Positions 59,583 to 64,000 of a stretch of 64,000 nt of DNA are shown one piece after another (the stretch's first letter is position 1; each line of letters begins with the position of its first letter). Source of the DNA: an uncultured Solirubrobacterales bacterium. GTDB taxonomy: Bacteria > Actinomycetota > Thermoleophilia > Solirubrobacterales > 70-9. The notes below the pieces were generated by a model. That model had not been told where the DNA came from. It saw nothing but the letters and a program-made list of their open reading frames with translations, and ran no database searches. Position numbers and translations under genes: made by a program. Where the stretch lies: positions 25,558-89,557 of the forward strand of contig CAWAKV010000007.1 in assembly GCA_963782685.1 (NCBI GenBank), read 5' to 3'.

Positions 59583-61132
59583 GTGTCGGGCTACCTCCGC
59601 CGCCTAGCGACGACCGGCGCCGCCTACACCGCGGCGAGCATCCTCTCGAAGCTGATCGCGGTCGCCCTGCTGCCGCTCTACACGCGCTACCTCACGCCGC
59701 GCCGACTACGGCGCCGCCGAGGTCCTCTTCGCCGCCGTCGTCGCCGCCAGCATCGTCATCCGCTTCGGCGTGATCGAGGCCGTGCTGCGCTTCTACTACA
59801 AGGCCGGCGAGGACCGCAGGCCGGGTCGTCGCCACCTCCTTCGCGGCCCTCTTCTGGTTCGGCACCGCGGCGGCGCTGATCGCGCTGCCCTTCGCCGGGC
59901 CGATCTCCGACGCGCTGCTCGACCGGCTCGCCGCGTCCCGACCTGACCCGGATCGCGATCGGCGGCCTCTGGGTGCTGACCCTGCACGAGTACCTGCTGA
60001 CCCTGTTCCGGCTCGAGGAGCGCGCCCGCGCCTTCTTCCTGGTGACGATCGCCAACGTCCTGGCGGCGATCGCCCTCACCGTGGTCCTGGTCGTCGGCGA
60101 GGACGAGGGCGCCCGCGGCCTGCTGCTCGGCAGCTACGTCAGCGGCGCCGCCTTCGTCCTCGGCCTGATCGTCGTCCACCGGCGCCGCCTCTCGCTGCGC
60201 TTCGAGCGGCCGCTGCTGCGGCGGATGCTGCGCTTCGGCCTGCCGACGATGCCGGCCGAGCTCTCGCTCTACGCGCTCAACTTCGTCGACCGGATCATCA
60301 TCGTCCGCACGGTCGGGCTGGCCGAGGCCGGTCTCTACTCGCTCGCGGTCAAGTTCGCCCAGGCGGTCAACGTGCTCGTCCGCGGCTTCCAGCTCGCCTG
60401 GCCGCCGCTCGCCTACTCGATCCGCGACGACGACGAGGCGCGCCGCGCCTACGCCGCGGTCGTCACCTGGTTCCTCGCCGCCTGCGCCTTCGTCGTCGCC
60501 GGCATGTGGCTGCTCTCGCGCTGGATCGCCCGCGCCCTCGCCGCACCGGAGTTCTTCGACTCCTACGAAGCCGTCGGGCTGATCTCCACGGCGGTCACCC
60601 TCTACGCCCTCTACATGGTGCTGCTGGTGATCCTCGGCCGCACCGGGCCGCACCGAGTTCAACTTCCCGGCGACCGGCGCGGCGCTGGTCGCCAACGTCG
60701 TCCTCAACCTCGTCCTCGTGCCGCCGCTGGGCATCGTCGGCGCCGGCCTCGCCCTGGTCGCCTCCTACGTCGTCGTCGTCGCGCTGATGTACGGCTTCAC
60801 CCAGCGCCTCTTTCCCGTCCCCTACGAATGGGGCCGGCTGGCGCGGATCGTGCTCGTCACCGCGGCCCTGGTCGCCCTGGGCGAGCTGCTCTTGCCGACC
60901 GACGGAATCCGCCGCCCTCGCCGCCCGAGTCGCCCTCTGGCTCGCCTACCCGCTCGTCCTCCTCCTCAGCGGCTTCTTCACCGCCGAGGAGCGCGGCTGG
61001 CTGTCCCGCCTCCGTCACCCGAGCGAGCTGCTCGAGCGCTACCGCGCCGCTCGCGAACGCCCGGCCGTAGTGGACGGTGCTCTACCGGAGGCCTACGAGG
61101 CGGAGATCATGGACGAGGACTCGCGCCACTAG
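59583..61132 (+). CDS. Wzx-like oligosaccharide flippase (MOP superfamily); about five frame breaks
   Basis: GTG 59583; ..AYTAASILSKLIAVALLPLYTRYLTP.., ..FGLPTMPAELSLYALNFVDRIII.., ..LVLVPPLGIVGAGLALVASYVVV... +1 steps near 59700, 59820, 59930, 60650 and 60905; TAG 61130-61132. Confidence 0.6.
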
Positions 61133-61181
61133 ACGTGCCGGCACTTAGGCACCCTATGTGACGCTTAAGTGACGGCACGTC
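61132..61181. terminator. nested inverted repeat between convergent genes (possible bidirectional terminator)
   Basis: GACGTGCCG (61132-61140) / CGGCACGTC (61173-61181), with inner CACTTA / TAAGTG in a lower-G+C loop. Confidence 0.35.
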
Positions 61182-62091
61182 CCGCGCGGTCGCGGAGGCT
61201 TTGGCCTCGGTTGGGGAAGCAGGGCCTGGCGGGCGTGGGTCCACATGATCCGCGGCGAGCGGTTGGGGAGGACGATGGCGGCGAGGGCGCGGAGGGCGTA
61301 GGACCAGGCGGTGAGCAGGCGGACCGCCAGGGCCGCGGCGCGGCCGTGGTGCTTGCGCATGTAGAGGTCGCGGTTGCGGTGGAACTCGACGATGCGGGGC
61401 AGACCGGCGGTGAGGTCGGTGGAGAGCTGGTCGTGGTGGACCGCCTCGGCCGCGGGCACGTAGAGGGTGTGCCAGCCGGCGTCGGCGAGCCGCTTGCAGA
61501 AGTCGCACTCGTCGTAGTAGACGAAGAAGTCGGGGTCGAGGTAGCCGATCTCGGCGGCGGCCTCGCGCCGCACCATCAGGGCGCTCGACTGCGCCCAGTC
61601 GACGCGCCGCGTCTCCGCACCCTTGCTCTGCACGGTGAGCAGGCGGTGGAGGAAGACGGCGCCGACCAGGGCGGTGCCGACGCCGGGGAAGCGCCAGGCG
61701 CAGGGAACCGGGTCGCCCTGCGAGTCGAGCAGCTGGGCGCCCGCAGCGCCGGCGCTGCGGTCCGCGTCGAGCGCCGCCATCAGCGCGTCGGCGGCGCCCG
61801 GGCGGCAGCTCCGAGTCCTCGTTGAGCAGCAGGCAGTAGCGGCCGCGCGCCTCGCGCAGCAGGGTCGAGTCGTTGGCCGCCTTGCCGGCGCGCCGCTCGA
61901 GCGCGATCAGGCGGATGTCGCCGCCGCGCGCCCGCACCGCCTCGGCCGAGCCGTCCGTCGGAGGCGTTGTCGAGGACGAGGATCTCGCGCTCGACCCCGG
62001 CCGGGTGGGTGCGCTCGATCGCGTCGAGGCAGGCGAGCAGGTCCTCGCGGCCGTTCGTGTTCACGACGCAGTAGGAGAGCGCGGGCGGCAC
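61154..62091 (-). CDS. glycosyltransferase family 2; about two frame breaks
   Basis: GTG 62091 (tentative); ..SYCVVNTNGREDLLACLDAI..ILVLDNASDG.., ..CLLLNEDSEL.., ..DPDFFVYYDECDFCKRL... Breaks near 61950 and 61790. Confidence 0.75.
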
Positions 62092-62149
62092 GCCGCCACG
62101 ATAATCGTCGGCGCATGGCCCCCGCCCCGCGCAGCCGAATGAGCCATCG

Positions 62150-63270
62150 ATGAAGGTGCAGCTGGTCGACCCCTCGGCCTTCACCCCGCCCTACGACCGC
62201 GCGCTCGCCGCGGCGCTCGCTCGGCACGGAGCGGAAGTCGAGCTGCTCACCAGCCGTTTTCTCTATGGCCCGGTGCCCGAGGCTGACGGGTACCGGGTAC
62301 GAGAGTGCTTCTACCGGCGCAGCGCCGCGCGCGGCCTCGAATGCGCCCGCCCGCCGCGCCTTCAAGCTCGCCGAGCACCTGCCGGACATGCTGCGGCTGC
62401 GCCGCACCCTCGACGCCGACGTCGTCCACTACCAGTGGCTGACGCTGCCCGGCCTCGATTCCCGCCTGCTGCCCGCCCGCCGCCCCCGGGTGATGACCGC
62501 CCACTACATCCTGCCGCCGCAGCCGAGCCGCCGCCAGCTCTCCGCCGCCCGCCGCTGCCTTCGGCGCGATGGACGCCGTCGTCGCCCACTCCGAGCACGG
62601 GGCGCGCCGGCTGCGCGAGCAGGTCGGCCTCGATCCCGGCCGCGTCCACGTCATCCACCACGGCGCCTTCGACTACCTGACCGAGCTGCCGGCTGAGAAG
62701 CCGCTGCCGGCCGAGCTGGAGGGAGCCGAGGGCCCGGTGATCCTCTTCTTCGGCCTGCTGCGCCCCTACAAGGGCATCGACACCCTGCTCGAGGCCTTCG
62801 CGCCGCGTCGAGGGTGCCGAGCTCTGGATCGTCGGCAACCCGCGCATGGAGGTCGAGCCGCTGCGCCGCCTCGCGGCCGAAGCCCCGGGCCGCGTCCGCT
62901 TCCTCACCCGCTTCGTCGAGGACGCCGAGATCCCGGCCCTGATGCGCCGCGCCGACGCTCGTCGTCCTGCCCTACCGCGACGCCGAGCACTCCGGCGTCC
63001 TCTACGCCGCCCTCGCCTTCGGCAAGCCGCTGGTGCTGAGCGCCGTCGGCGGCTTCCCCGAGGTGGCCGAGCAGGGCGCCGCCCGCCTCGTCCCGCCCGA
63101 GGACCCCGCCGCCCTCGCCGCCGCTCTCGCCGAGCTGGTCGGGGACGAGGCCGCTCGCGCCGAGCTCGGCGAGGCCGCCACGAGCGCCGCGGCGGCTCCT
63201 ACTCCTGGGACGAGGCCGCGCGCGCAGACGCTCGCTCTCTACGAGGAGCTGCTGGAGGCGCGAGCGGTGA
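62150..63270 (+). CDS. glycosyltransferase family 4 (GT-B, Glycos_transf_1); about seven frame breaks
   Basis: MKVQLVDPSAFTPPYDRALAAALARHG.., ..VVHYQWLTLPG.., ..ILFFGLLRPYKGIDTLLEAF.., ..AEHSGVLYAALAFGKPLVLSAVGGFPEV... Probable end at TGA 63268-63270, overlapping the next GTG. Confidence 0.7.
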
Positions 63271-64000
63271 TCGCGCTCGCCGCTCGCCTTCTGGATCTGC
63301 GCTGGCGCTGATCGTCTACACCCATCTCGGTTACCCGCTCGTCCTGCGGACCCTCGTCGCCCTGCGCCGCCGGCCGACCCTCAGCCCACGCGTCTGGGAC
63401 GAGCCGCCGCGCGTCTCGCTGATCGTCGCCGCCTTCGACGAGGAGGAGGTGATCGCGGCCAAGGTCGCCAACGCGCTCGCGCTCGACTACCCGCGCGAGC
63501 GGCTCGAGCTGATCGTCGCCTCCGACGGCTCCACCGACGCCACCGCCGAGCGCGCCCGTGCCGCCGGCGCCGACCTCGTCCTCGAGCTGCCGCGCGGCGG
63601 CAAGGTCGCTGCCCAGAACGCCGCCGCCGAGCGCGCCGCGGGCGAGATCCTCGCCTTCTCCGACGCCAACAGCACCTGGGCGCCCGACGCGCTGCGCCAC
63701 CTGATCGAGCCCTTCGCCGATCCGGCGGTCGGCTACGTCTGCGGCCAGGTCCGCTTCCTCGACCCCGGCGGCGGCAACGTCGAGGGCTCCTACTGGCGCT
63801 ACGAGATGGCGGTGCGTGAGCTGGAGTCGGGGCTGGCCGGCGTCACCGCCGGCAACGGCGCGATCTACGCCGTGCGCCGCGACGCCTACATCCCGCTGCC
63901 GCCGGCGGGCAGCCACGACCTCTCGTTCCCGTTCCTGCTCGCCAAGCGCGGCACGCGTTCGCTCTACGCCCCCTGGGCACGGGCCGAGGAGAAGATGGTG
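63267..64000 (+). CDS. glycosyltransferase family 2 (membrane-anchored), 3' end beyond window; one early frame break
   Basis: GTG 63267 then a break near 63295; ..ALIVYTHLGYPLVL.., ..VSLIVAAFDEEEVIAAKVANALALDYPRERLELIVASDGSTDAT.., ..ILAFSDANSTW.., ..GNGAIYAVRRD... Open to base 64000. Confidence 0.75.

Overview
High-G+C (about 70% by eye) Actinomycetota-type chromosome segment centred on the replication-origin gene set. Minus strand: rpmH-rnpA-yidD-yidC-jag-rsmG-parA-parB, then tRNA-Ile(GAT). Plus strand: dnaA-dnaN-recF-DUF721(DciA-like)-gyrB-gyrA. Further right is the conserved actinobacterial FhaA-FhaB-PstP-RodA-PbpA-PknB operon, preceded by an extra Ser/Thr kinase and followed by a ddl. Left flank: MMPL tail, two secreted proteins, hemL / fused siroheme-decarboxylase-like gene / hemB, an ABC-2 exporter pair, YmdB, an envelope operon ending in a Fic protein, an aminotransferase-ddl pair and a bifunctional nuclease. 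Right flank: a Fic-purM-Ser/Thr kinase operon, uppP, dedA and a polysaccharide/O-antigen-like locus (CapD-type dehydratase, LytR_C protein, O-antigen-ligase-like protein, Wzx-like flippase, three glycosyltransferases). Many GC-rich genes are interrupted by single-base frame breaks, so several long ORFs in the supplied track are composites of neighbouring genes. Most noteworthy: (1) a lower-G+C, tightly coupled six-gene operon at 44.15-49.26 kb (RHH regulator, split ATP-grasp + swivel-His phosphotransferase, GRDP/DUF1399-like protein, atypical receiver-like protein, FAD oxidoreductase), divergent from a membrane FHA protein, matching no pathway I recognise; (2) roughly 100-nt nested palindromic elements read in frame inside the O-antigen-ligase-like gene with compensatory stem changes, plus a possibly related element and a perfect hairpin in the yidC-jag-rsmG spacers; (3) two canonical Fic proteins wired into housekeeping/envelope operons, one preceded by a 2 x 38-nt repeat; (4) an identical 12-mer upstream of two RHH genes 14 kb apart. 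I saw no rRNA, CRISPR array, transposase or integrase. All family assignments rest on motifs read by eye, not database searches.
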